Source of the DNA: Camelus dromedarius
Lineage: Eukaryota
Assembly: GCF_036321535.1 (NCBI RefSeq)
Contig: NC_087437.1
Span: 94,738,001 to 94,802,000, forward strand
Reading direction: 5' to 3'
DNA length: 64,000 nucleotides
Shown here: positions 50,126-63,075 of the stretch, piece by piece
How the letters are laid out: every line of letters starts with the position of its first letter
Position numbering within the stretch: the stretch's first letter is position 1
Position numbers and translations under genes: made by a program
Notes under the pieces: generated by a model
Told to the model about the DNA's origin: nothing
Database searches by the model: none
Seen by the model: only the letters and a program-made list of their open reading frames with translations

Positions 50126-52904
50126 AACGGGATACAAAGTCAGTACTTTCCTTCGGTGGTTCATCTTGAAAATTAAACGAGATTTACAAACTGAAAATTA
50201 TAGACTTCAACACAAAAGAATGTGCAAGTTTCCCATGCCTGAATGATTTCATTTTTGTCCCAGTTGTAGTCTCTAACTTAAATTCTTGAAAGTGTGGAGT
50301 GATTTGATTTGTTGGCTTTTATTTACCCTTTGAATTTTTATTTTTCCTACACCTGTACTCTTTACATTGCAAACAAAAAATCGGCAATTTCTACTTTACT
50401 GACTAATGGGTTCATATATATTTCAGTGGGAAAAAAAAACTTGTGAAAAGTTGTTGCAATAAAATAATATAGTATGTTTAAGGAGACAAAACATTTGTTG
50501 CTCTTGTAAACTGATATAGAGATAGTTTCCTCCACGTAGCAGTCAGCTTGTGGGAATTTATAGGTGTGAAATTAACCACAGACTTGAGAAATATTTTACC
50601 TATGAACAGGACACTCATTGTTATAAGGAGGATAAAAGCAAGTTAATTTAAATCAGGCTTATTGCTTTCAAATTTCTGGTATAGAAGAGCACATATTTCT
50701 CAGCATTGTTTCTTTTCTGTTTTTTGTGACTGTGATGTTATTCATATCAACATAGACACTATTTCCAAAGTAGATCAATTCACTAAATGGATTTTTCCTA
50801 AATTAACCCAAACCAACAAACAAATCAATTTTATTCCTACTGGCTTTCCAGCTATCTACTTGATGTACCACCAAGAGATTCCCATCTTTGTGAATGCAAC
50901 ACTGAAATAATTATTACAAATTCTAATATGAACCATAACATTTAATACATTATTTTACAGTAATTCTGTAATTTTAACTAATAAAAATAATTTGAGCACG
51001 TTTGGATTTATCACAGAAATGTATTAAAAGAAATGTTAAGTAATTAAGCCAGCCATTAAAATCCTGAAACGTACAATTTATTTCAGCTCATAGACAAGGT
51101 ATATTTTTAAAGGCATCGCACCATTTTTCTCAGCAGTGCACTTTGGAGTTGTTTTTCAGAGAATGGCAGCTTGAATTTCACCAGATGTGAAATCATTTGG
51201 TTGTGTAAACACATTTTTTTCTGAAATGCATAGGGTTTTTATTTCACTTTAAGTTAAAAAAAAAAAAGCCTGTAAATGGATAATGTCTGTTGGTTGAACT
51301 GGACATCTCAGAGGGGTCCAGGGCTAAGATCCACGAAGGTGATTTACAGTCTGAGGTAAACAGATTGGCTCAGATAACACTGGCTGATCGATGCTCCCCA
51401 TCTCTCCAGCAGGAAATGTCTCAGGGAGGCAGGGGAATGACTTTTGCAAACCCTTCTTAAGATTCTGAGCCTCCCTGACCCTGCTCTCTCCCCTTTCCCT
51501 GAAGAACTGAGAACTAAAGGAATAAAGATTCTCTTTCTTTTGCTTTGAAAAGTTCTTCCAGTTTTTATTTTCTATGTATTTCTACATCTGAGAATACAAC
51601 CATTGAATGAACCGTTTAACAAATTTACCTCGAATAATTTTTCATAATAAATATTTTGCTATCTGCCCCACCAGTGCGGGCCAGTGTGGAAATATTCCTT
51701 TTACATTTTTATGGGGTGTTACAAGTCATTGGAAATGATGTTTACAATAAAGTTTCCATTTTACCCTTTAATCAGTTCTAGTAAATGAAAGTTGCTTTAC
51801 TGTTTAACTAATTTTTCCATCTCTTTTGGGAACCAGTTTCAAGAATTTCAAGCTACTTTATCACATAGATAAAATACGTTGTTGAATTCTGTGATTGCCC
51901 TGGGAATGAAAGAATACTGTACCTTGATATCTTGAGAGAGAGTTCAAAAAGTGATGCTTGCCAGATTAAATCTGAGCTTCTGGATTTTAAGATCAGCTTT
52001 ATTTTATTTACCACCTATTTTTTTCCTTCTGACACCCTCTTCTATCAAGACTGGATAGTAGAATTTTTACAGCTGGCATGAAACACTCATTTAAAAATTA
52101 TAAATTTAAAAAGGCTAGCTTAGTAAGATAAATTCAAAAAAGGCCTTACAAATACATCCTGTGTTATTTTTATGTATTTTGCTGTTAAAAAGGTTTCTGT
52201 AATAAGTATCATCTTGCTTATTCCGCTGAGAAAAACTATCTCAGATTTATATCCTGTTACTAATTTTAAGCATCTGCATGTCTGTTTCAGTAGTCTTTTG
52301 GAAATTAAATGCTCTGCAAAATTGATTCTGATTTTAACACTCTCTCAGCTGCTATCATAGGGTTTTTCCATCTTCTCAACTCACAGAAATACATTTAAAA
52401 TTTTCACATATAAGGAAATTATTACTATTTCTTATAAGCTAATAGTGTGTATTTTCCTTTTTCCTCCTTTCTGTTGACATGAGAATGTTGTTATTCTCTT
52501 GTCAACATTAATAGTACAATTTGGTTTATACTGTTGCCTCACTGCTACTGAAACTTTGGGCAAATTTAAACCTTCTCAGCCCAGAGCTTTATTACCTTCC
52601 AATAATAAAAACATTCGTCTCATGGAATTGTATAAATCAAAAGAAATAAAGTACTATAAGGCAATAGTAAATAAAGTACTAAAACAATAATACAAACTAC
52701 TTTTAATCATTGAGTCACACTTCTGAAATATTTTCTACAATGTCTTTTTTTTTTCAAAAGTAGGACTCTCTCTTTTCCAATTCCTAAACATAAGGGGAGA
52801 ATTAAATTTCAGCCTGCCTCAAAGTATGAGTTAGGACTTATTTGTTGGTGAGTGTATTTTGCCCCCAAGACTTCAAAATGTTGAACAATAATTAAGATAG
52901 GTAG

Positions 52905-53610
52905 ACACATAATAAAACGGTTAAAACTAAAAACTCTGAACATACCAGGTATTGGATGAGATATAGAAGAAGTGGAACTCTGATGCACTTTGGATTGTTA
53001 CATTTTGGAAAACAAGAAAGTTTGGCAATTTTAGAAAAAGTGAAATATTCACTATTATATGATTCAGTCATCCCAGTCCTAAGTATTTACCCAAAATAAA
53101 TTGAAGCATATGTCCAGTTCACATAAAGCATGAGCATGAATGTTCATAAAAACTTTAATTATAATAATCCAAATCTGGAAACAACTCAAATATATATCAA
53201 CATAAGAATGAATTAAGTGTGGTATATTCATACAATGAAATATTATTCAGCAATTAAAAGGAATGACCTCATAGTACACACTAAATTGTAGATGAACCTC
53301 ACAAAATTATGGTGCTGAGTAAATAAAACCAGGAAAATAACAATTATATAATTAAATTTATCTAAATTCTAGAAAATGCAAACTAATGTGTAGTGACAAG
53401 TAGATTGGTGGTTGCTTGGGGTGGGGAGGGGGCCACAGATGGGAGAAAAGGAATATAAAGGAGCACAAAGAACTGTATGGGGTGAGGGATATGTTCATTA
53501 TCTTGATGATGGTGAGGATTTTATGGATGTATACATATGTCAAAACTAATTAAATTATATACTTTAAGTGTGTACAGTTTATAGTACATCAATTATACCA
53601 CCATAAACCT
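52905..53610 (+). mobile_element. Old L1 (L1MD/L1ME-like) 3' end
   Basis: cctaagtatttacccaaa...tgtggtatattcatacaatg...tctagaaaatgcaaactaa...tatacatatgtcaaaact...tcaattatacc. Confidence 0.85.
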
Positions 53611-53710
53611 ACTGTGTTTTTTAAAATGAAAAGTACTTCTGCTGTATGGAGTCCTGCCATTTTTTCTGTGATGCACATATATTTTTATCACCCATTCTAA
53701 ATTAAATATA

Positions 53711-53919
53711 CAATCATCCCTTGGTATCCTTGAAGGATTGGTTGCAGAACCCACTGTAAATTCCAAAATCCTAAAAGGCTCAGATCCCACAGTAGGCTTT
53801 CCACACCTGCAGACTCAGCCACCGTGGATCCTGCAGGAAGGGCTCTAGTACTTATTGAAAAAATTCCACGTATATGTAGACCTTCACAGTTCAAACTCAT
53901 GTTGCTCATGGGTCAACTG
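53711..53919. mobile_element. MER8/Tigger2-like TcMar MITE with TA TSD
   Basis: TA|caatcatcccttggtatcc...ggattggttgcagaaccc...cagttcaaactcatgttgctcatgggtcaactg|TA. Confidence 0.8.
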
Positions 53920-54222
53920 TAGTCTGTAATTAATCCAGTCACTAAGCAGTTAGTTACTTATTTGAAATTAATCCACTTTCAGGATAGAATAAAATCATGA
54001 CAGAAAAAAGTCAACTTGGGTTAATGATTCCAGCTCTTTTTTGCTTTAGTTAACTATTAATTGCATGCATCTATCTGTTTAATACTTCACATTATCCAAA
54101 GAGCTTTTACTCCTAAAGTTTTATTCTATTGTTGAAGGTAAATGAGACTTAAAAAGATGAAAACTGAGGAGTATCAAGAAACATTTGTCCACCATCCTTA
54201 TAGAAGTATTGTGGGGTTCCTA

Positions 54223-54352
54223 GGGAAGTGGGAGGGTGTGGCTCAGTGGTGAAGTGCCTGTTTAGCATGCCTGAGGTCCTGGGTTCAATCCCCATCACCT
54301 CTGTTAAAAATAAATAGATAATTAAATAAATAAACTTCATTCCTCCTTCCCC
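54223..54352 (+). mobile_element. Vic-1-type camelid SINE (diverged)
   Basis: gggagggtgtggctcagtgg...gaggtcctgggttcaatcccc...aataaataaac; degenerate TSD aag(t/c)attgtg..gttc at ~54204 and ~54357. Confidence 0.8.
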
Positions 54353-56689
54353 AAGAAAGCATTGTGTAGTTCTCATCAAAGCATATGACAGAAGCTTTAT
54401 TCTTCCTTATCTGCCCTGATCTCAACTTTCAGAATTAAGTTGAACTATGTACTTTTTTAGGTAGTTTTTCTCACTCTTGGCAAAAAGGGATTACATTCTC
54501 CATAATTATGGGTGAAGGAAACGATACTCATGATTGGATTCAAAGTTGCACTAGAGTTAATGTAAAAGGAGAATTGCAAATCAAATTCAACACCATATTT
54601 GATTATCCCTACTCATTTCCCAAGTTGCCTTGTTATTATTTCATATGATGCCAATTTAGGTGGTGAGAGGTGATATGAGTGATATATTCTCTGCTCTTCC
54701 TGTGATAAATTATTTTAACTTCCATTATACAAGATTGCATAGTGTTTTAGATAAAAAATTAAACTTCAGAGAACACAGGAAACCTCTTTAGTTTTTCTTG
54801 TTCCAGTATTAGTAGTTTTAAAACAATGATTTCTTTTAAATATCTTAATATATAATATGTGGTTTGCTCCATCAATTCAGACAAAATGAATTTAAAGAGG
54901 AAGGACAGCCCAACTGACTTTTTTTTTTTTTGGAAATTGATTACAATTTGGTCAAAAGGGCTAATGCTACACAGAAACTGTAAAATAATAGAGCCCCAAA
55001 TGAGAGAGTTGGGGGGATACTTCACTTTAGTAAAATAGTTTCTAGACTACACTTATTATATACAAAGTTCTAAGAAACAGCAAGAACCAAACAGAAATAA
55101 ATACTATAGTCCAGTATTTTACAGTATCTTGACCTCTCTCAGGGTTGTGCTCAAAAGCAGAGAATAAATTGGAGAGAGTACCTTTCTCAATTTGCATCAC
55201 TTTATTTTGACTTAATGAACCGTATCAGGTGTCAGACAGTGTAAATGTGGAAATGCTGAGAAGGAAGCAGAGTTGTGTGTGCAAAGGGGAGCAGAGGCCA
55301 ATTAGATTACTCAGACATGTGGACGGCGTATATAGTTCCTGTACTAACATTCAGTTCCTGGAATTTCGTCTGGCCCCTTCATTTCACTCTGGCCAAAAAT
55401 AAACCCTGTGTGGTGGATCTGTCCTCATTAGCCATTTTACTTATCTCTTGATTGGAGTATCGTGGAATGCAGCATACACAAAGACAATATTGTAGATGGT
55501 GAGTGAGTGCATTGAACCTACACAGTCAAAAGAGATAACATGTTATGTACCCATTCTAAAATAGATTACTTGTATACTAGAATTCTACTACATTTGTTTT
55601 ATGAAGTTAGAAAATTTTTCCCAAAAGTTTGTTTCCAGAGTCAGCGCCATGCTTCAATATTGCCCATTTTTTCATTTTCTTTAGCTATGCCTTTATTTAG
55701 TATGGTTAAAGAACAGCTCTCAGCTTTTGAAGAGCAAAGGGAAAAAGTCTTATCGTTTTTATTATTGTTTTGGAACATTTATTATATATTTCTGTCCATT
55801 AGAGTATTCCTTTTTTGTTTGTTTGTTTGTTTTGGAAAATTTGTTAGATATCTCCACCCATTGGAATGCGTGTGATTGTTTCAAGTGAGCTAACGAAGCA
55901 TGTCAAGGGCAAATATCAATTCACAGTATAAGCGTCCTGCAGGGGGTGAAAAACTGAAGGCAGGCATTTACCTTTTGGCCTAGAATTTTAAATTATTCCA
56001 AATAAAAGATGTTCCTTAGCATAAAGGATTACCAAAAGAAAAGTGTAAGTGTTAGCCTTCTAATAGAAAGTGTGTCTGTACCACAGACAGTTTATAAATT
56101 GAAAATCCACACACTCAATCACATTTCACAATAACATACAGTCTTTGTAAGACATTTATCTTCATGTTAAGATGAAAGCTTCATTTAATTTTTATAAGTT
56201 TTTTTGATTCTATTTATTTCCTTGTATAATTAATATTGTAGAGGTTTAAACATTTTTTGAGACTTTAATAGACCTTTTAGTTCCAGTGTTGTCTTCCAGT
56301 GTTTGTTTTAATGTTCTCTCTAGTAGTTCATATTTAAAATTATCTTTCATTTTTGGCTCTTGCTCAAATGCACCTCACTAATTACAATTCTAAATTCTTT
56401 TTAAACTTTTGGATGGAGTCCATTGAATTGGCAGGAATTCACTTAAATATGTAAAAAAAAAAAAAACTATCTTTTTTGTTATTTTAATTCCTGCCAATTA
56501 AAAAATTATTTTACCTCAAGTATAAGATTTCTTCCAAAATGACTATATTTATTGGCAAACACTTAATATTTTTAATTACTTTTTTCAAATTGGATCAAGT
56601 AAGCAATGGTAACAGTATTAATTTTGAAAATTGATTTGTTCTTCAGAAGAGCATATATTATAGCATGCATGACTTATTTCCATAAGAAA

Positions 56690-56900
56690 TGAAAATGATG
56701 GCACCTTCACCATGTGTCAGGAGCTCAGCCAAGCGCTTTGCATATCTTCATAATTCCGACTAAGCCACATATTAACCCCGTTTCCTGATGAGGAATTCAG
56801 AACCCAGAAACTTAAATAATTTACTCAACATCACACTCTAGTCAAAGTTGTAGTCAAAATTCAAATGGGGTCTCTGTAATTCGAAAGCTCATGCTCTTTT
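56690..56900 (-). mobile_element. MIR
   Basis: catgtgtcagg...aagcgctttgcata...cctgatgaggaattcag...tcacac...aaagctcatgctctt. Confidence 0.7.
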
Positions 56901-57829
56901 CTATAAATTTCATTATATCTAAAAAAATTCATTGAAAGTATGAAGACTGATCTCTGCTAGTGGGATCTAAACTTCAGTATATCTGGTGATATATATTTGG
57001 TGATGAAAAAAATACAGCTCCTTTACTTCAGATGGCATACTACATTGTCATGATGCACAATGGAAGGAATTGTGCCAAAATGGAATGGAAGGTTCAATGG
57101 TGCCAAAAGAAAGTACACAGCTTCTTTGTGTGTATTTATTATATCCGTTTGCTTTACATGTAGATGTATTCTCAATACAATGAACTCAAAGGAACTAGTC
57201 ATAACTTATGTAACCATTAGATTGTCATTATATTGAATCTGTTTTGAAGTCTTTGTAATACTCAGATATTTTGGCAGTAACAGGCTTCAGTCTGTAACTC
57301 CCTTCTTCAAAGGAGTTGAAAACGAAAAATTTCAAATAAAATCCTTTATAGTTTACTCTGTTAGTGAAATTCCTTCTGCAGTATAATTAAAATCCAAATT
57401 TATCTTTCTGCTTGTTAAAATTTTTTAAAATGTCTGCTTTAATGAAGAACTTGCACGTGGACTATCCATTCATTTTAAATTATTTAAAACTCCATTTACA
57501 TAGTTCTAACTCATTAAAAGAAATAAAAAACAATTTTTCAACTGGCGATTTTAGAACTATTTTAGAGGAAATGTAAGGGTAAGCTAGCACTCGGGATGTT
57601 TCAGAACCTCCCAAAATAAAGAAATTCTACTCGCATGCTAAAGTAATATTTCATTACTATTTGCTAAAAAGAATGATTCAGTCTTTTCCAAGGGACCATA
57701 AAAGAGAGAAATAGACAACATGGACTACTGAAAATTTCTGACTCTTAAACCCTGCTTCCTGAGGGGAGGCATATTATCATTTATAATGTGCTCGATCCTT
57801 CACAATCTCACCAGGGTCAGGGACCAGTT

Positions 57830-57859
57830 AAAAAAAGAAAGAAAGAAAGAAAGAAAAAA
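57830..57859. repeat. A-rich (GAAA)n repeat
   Basis: Seen directly. Confidence 0.85.
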
Positions 57860-60800
57860 CATCAAATAAGCAATATAGAATGAGCTAGTAGTGGAGGAGG
57901 GGAATGTACCTTTAAACCCAGAGGCTTTTTGTTCGTGTGTTGCCAATCAATCACACCAGCTGGTGTGCTTATAGGCTCTCCTGATGATCTGTTTTCACAA
58001 GCTCCTAAGAGAATTCTCATCGTAAAAGGACCTGCTTCACCCCACCAAGAGGTATATAAAGTAAGCTGACATTTTAAAAAATAGTCTACATTAAACAGAA
58101 GTCTACATTAGTGAATTTAATTTAACAGTTATCAGTATGAGAACAATATTTCTTTCTCACTCATCCTGGTACAATTGATTTCACATACCGTGAAACGCTG
58201 AAGTCATAAGACATTCGACTTTATTTTGAGAACTTCTCTAGAAAAGAGAAACTGATTTTCTTAGGCTCTCCTAAGACTGTAACATTTTAATGATCTTCAT
58301 CGGTGGTTGCATTTCATTACAACATCGTACAATACTCAGACTTGGGTTTTAGAGTTGGGATGATAAAGTTGCACCTTCAGAACACTGCTAATTAAAGAAA
58401 AATCCTAGCGGTTCATTTATTAGAATATTGTTAGTCATCCTCCCTTCTGACAATATAGTAATGTGTTCTCACCATATTTCAATAAAAAATATTTCAGTAT
58501 ATTTAGGACAATTTCTTCATACAGCTTGGTGAAATGGTATTTTGTTTACATGAAGCATCCATTTTTCATTTCTCTCTTCCCATGGGAGCTAACATAAATC
58601 AAAACAACTCAAATGTTTTTAATTTCAGTATGAGATCAGCAGCTGTTCCCCAGAACTCCAGTTGCCACAAAAGAGGGATCTTTGTGAGTCACAACTTGAA
58701 TAGACAATGTTGTAAAATCTAGTTATATACTATGATACTTAACTTGCATATGCCCATTAGAGATCATAATAACAAAGAATTGTGTTTAGTTAAACTCACA
58801 GTTTTGCGAAGGTCAAACAGTTATGTAATTGTCCCTATAGTGTTGTGAATCATGGTGGTAGAGAAATGTAATCAATTAGTGACAAGCTCCTTTGATGTCC
58901 TCTATAGTGGGTTGACATAACAAATGACCCATTGAAGAGCACTGGGCTAAACTAGACTGCTTAAAAGGAAACTGAGTTCAAGTGAATATTTCCAACAGTT
59001 TATTTTGAATGTTTATACTTTATGCAGTTCCTAAAAAATGTGTAATTAGGCTATCTGCTTAGTTTTCCAGAGGAAGGAGAAGTAAATGTGAGCATTTCAA
59101 CTGAATGCCAACCACATCTTTTATTTAAAAATAAAGAAATCAAAAGCAAACTTGTGAAAGCCAGAGCAGAACTGAAGGTTAGACTTGGAGATTTTGTGAA
59201 TCTTAAAATTCAAACTTACATTCAAGTGCTATGATAACATAACATTTTCCATTCTCCTGTTGTAAACACATGGCTTCAAAAACTAGTTTTCATAAAATTA
59301 GATGTACCAAAAAGAGTATGTAGTGTTTTACATTTGAGCACCTTTTGGAGTAGCTATAAAAAATGGGGAATGATGACCAGGACAAAGACTATGGCAGATA
59401 CGGTTCTGATTCAAAGTCAGTGATTCCATAAGCACGTAACATCAGTTTCTGAACCCCCTTTAGAAGTTAAAGCCTCTCTCAAAAGAGACCAATATCCCCC
59501 CATGGCCCATTGTCTCTTCTGGTGTAACTTAAACTCCAAGTGGAAATTTGACCTGCAACTAAACTAATCTCTTTAAATCTCTTTAAAATAAGGTAGATCC
59601 ATTTCAATTGGAAATCTATATAACTTCTGCTTCCTAAGCACCCCACGGAACCTGTCCAGGACTGAGCAAGTGAGAGACAAACATTAAGTCTTGTTTCAGC
59701 AATTGATGGACACCAGGTGATTCCAATGAGTCAATGTTTCTCTTCCTCTAGAAACTAAATGGCATCTTCAAATTGCAATTTTATTGCTAAGTCTACACAT
59801 AGAATGTTATCTTTAATCATTTAAATCTTGTATATCTGGTAACTGGTCCAACTGTGCTGCCGTAAATGTGAAAATATATCAAAGATGGTTCATTTCCATA
59901 TATTCTGCTCTCTAGTCTAAGGAAAATTAATTATTGATGCATCATTGGGTTTCATTTTAACTTTCAAATGAAGTAACAAATAAATGTAGCTATGTCCACA
60001 TTCATGTGCCTTATGCAAGGCTTCTCATAAGAAATTCTTGACACAGCTTTATTGGAGGGACCTTTATTTACCCCACCCCACCCCCTAGAATGAGTTTGAA
60101 AATATTACAATTCCATTCTTCAACTTGATTTCCAAAAGGTCTGATGTTCAGTCATAACTACCGAATTTGCAAGTATGGATTTCATACCCCCTTGTGTCTT
60201 TTTGTCAACCTCATTTTCTATTTTTCATCCCTCTGTATACAAATGTCACCAAAACAGTTTTGATTTTAAAATATGAAATGTTATTCAGACATATGCAATA
60301 TTAAGTTCACCTTTACCTAAACCCATCAAATCCATAGACTTTAGATTTTGAGGATTTTGTTCTTTTTATTATTGTTTTGTGAGAGTGGGTGAAAAAAGGG
60401 TTTCACCTCATTAAAAGAGCCAAACTGGCTGGTTCTCTTTTTTCTTCTGAATTAGCTTGACATGCTTGCTATCTTATTGGTTGTAATAATAACTATATGA
60501 CCATGGCAACTAAAATAGCTCTACTAATTTCAAGGGAATGATACCTTTTAAAGTCTGGTGCTGACTATTCAACTTTTTCATTCAGTCTTATTTTTAAAGA
60601 ACTATTTAATGATAATCACTTTTCAAGGCACCAGGATACATAGGGATGCTCAGCCCCAAATTAGCTGAACTCTTTTCTTATATCACAGTTTTGAATTTCA
60701 GTTTAAAAGATCACAATTTGTTCTTTATATACAGTTCTGAATCCAAGAAAATGAAAACTCAGAATCAGCTATTCTTAATGGGCCAATATCAGCTTTGCAG

Positions 60801-61019
60801 GGTAGATAAGTATCTGGCCCTGTCTCCAAATGTTTGACATACTGATTAGATTTCTGAGTTCCAGGTGGAACTTGCTGTCACTTGCAGCCAGCTATCATAG
60901 GAATATGTATAATTGTAGAGAGTCCAGTTCATTTTAATACCCAACAATATTTCTGAAGGTTTATGATAGTCTATCCAAAAGTGACCAGAATTCACAAGCA
61001 TTTAGGTAGCAATAATATA

Positions 61020-62260
61020 TTTACAGCCTACAATAAGCATGATGCTGTGCTAGACACTAAATATATAAATGTGACTAAAATTGTCCTTGTCATTGAGGGT
61101 TTACATTCCACTGGGGGATCCTGAAGAGTTGGGGGTATGGGAAACTGCATGATTAGAGAAATGACCATATCTGTTAAATGGTTCAAGAAGTACCAAGTCC
61201 TTGGGAGAGTCATAATTAAAGGGATAGGCTTAAGATGGGTTTGGGAAGATGAGTTTGGAGGTTAGCAGGCAAAGAAGTGGAAGATTGTCTGGCACATTTA
61301 AGAAATAATATGGAAGCTGGAAAACATCACAGGGATGTAGAGAAGGAGGCAAAATTTAATATGGATTACATTTTGAAAATCTCAGTATACTGTGATTAGG
61401 TACCCATTAGGTGCCAACATGGTGCAAGTTTCTGCCATAGATAATGCAAAAGAAAGAAGCCAGAGAAAAATTCAAAGGATTGCTAAGCAGTGTTTTGGTT
61501 CAGTGAAACTTTGAAATGAATTAATTGGGAGAAGTTTGAGTCAGGAGCTCAATTTTCATTGTGGACAAAATTCGCAATCAATATGGAATAACAAACCAAT
61601 ATATCGAGATCACAGAATTTAGATAAGATGAAATTACATCTCATGACAAAGTTGAAATTTAGTTTAGGCTCATATGTTTTGGAACTCAGAGGCCAGGGTC
61701 ATAGATAGCTTTTCTACGTGGATATTGAAATACCCCAGGATAACGGCAGGGAATAAATAGAATAGATTAATATCTCTTGTTAATCTGGGGAGTGACCAGG
61801 AAAAAAATCATGGAGGAAAAGTGGTTTAATTGGATGGGATGTACATCACAAAAGAAAAGTTCTTTGGATAAAGGTGGAAAGCTACTGCTCTAGAAATAGG
61901 AGCCTGAAACAGAGTATGGCCCCTACCTACCAGGACCGAGAGCCAAGGAGTGTAGAAAATGAAGTGCTTTTTCTTTAACAAGATTTTAAATCGGCTGTTC
62001 TTTGAATAAGAAGCAGTTTTTAGTTAATGAAAAGATTAAGATAATATTCCAGAGAAAGCCTGACGATGTGTGTAAGCAAATGGGTTTATGGTAGAGAGAT
62101 GTCTAGAGGACAATGTGGAAGAACATCAAGACTGATTAAATATGTGTGCCCCTGAAATAAATGGGTCAAGGATAAAATATTGGGCTGTATAGTAAGAAAA
62201 TACTATTGAGATGAGCAGATTTGATGTTAAGGATATAGCAGAGAAGGACTTGAGTATATT
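61020..62260 (-). mobile_element. L2 relic including 3' end and APE endonuclease remnant
   Basis: L2 3' end near 61020-61340; the minus strand at 61750-61680 translates as PAVILGYFNIHVEKLSMTLASEF, matching the L2 endonuclease 'ILGDFNIHV...TLASQF' motif. Confidence 0.65.
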
Positions 62261-62980
62261 AGGGACCAGGTTTGAAGCAACGTCTGTGTCCTTACAAGAC
62301 CGCAAGTACAATGGAGGCAAACAGTTAGATGTGGAACAGAGGAACACAGGAGGAAATTGCTTGCTTGAGTATGCCATTAGAATTTTGGTGACAGATTCTT
62401 TTGGTCCTGCTGTTAATGTGTGTCCTCAGACCATTTAACTCTTCAAATTGCATTTCTCCCCACTGATGGACATAGATGGAAAATGAAACCTCAGCCAATG
62501 AGAAAATGACAGACTCCTTATTACAATGCTCTTTGATAACAGTCAGCAATTTTACTCTAACAAAATATGTTATTTGGTTAACAGGTCATAAAACAAAAGT
62601 TCAAGCTGATGTAAGTAATTGTAAATGAACTATAAGCTGTGGTTCTGGAATTTTTTTCCCCTGCAGTCATAACCATTATTCTTTGCATGTTGTTACTGCA
62701 ACATAAAATTTATATTATTTTTTTACCAGGAGACTTGAGAGAAAGATAAAAGATCAATTAGGCAGCTTAGCTGTGGCATTATCCACAGTACCAGCATAGC
62801 ACCCAGTTCAAATCCAAGCTTAAATCTTCCTGGGTGGGAGGAGCTACAACTGTGTCTGAATGTCGGGAGTGAGACAGTGAAAGTGGTAAAATATTTCATC
62901 TACAGGAAAATTAAGAGGCAGCCATTGGTTTGAAGTTACCCTCTATGGAAGAAACCCTCAAAACAAGTCTAATTTCAAAC

Positions 62981-62982
62981 CT

Positions 62983-63022
<40 letters not shown>

Positions 63023-63026
63023 TCTC

Positions 63027-63074
<48 letters not shown>
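62981..63074. repeat. Compound (CT)n(CA)n microsatellite
   Basis: Seen directly. Confidence 0.95.

Positions 63075-63075
<1 letters not shown>

Noticed and set aside
60497..60519. RFX-like CCATGGCAAC and MEF2-like CTAAAATAG
   Set aside because: Only half of the X-box matches and the MEF2 core is one base short; too weak alone.
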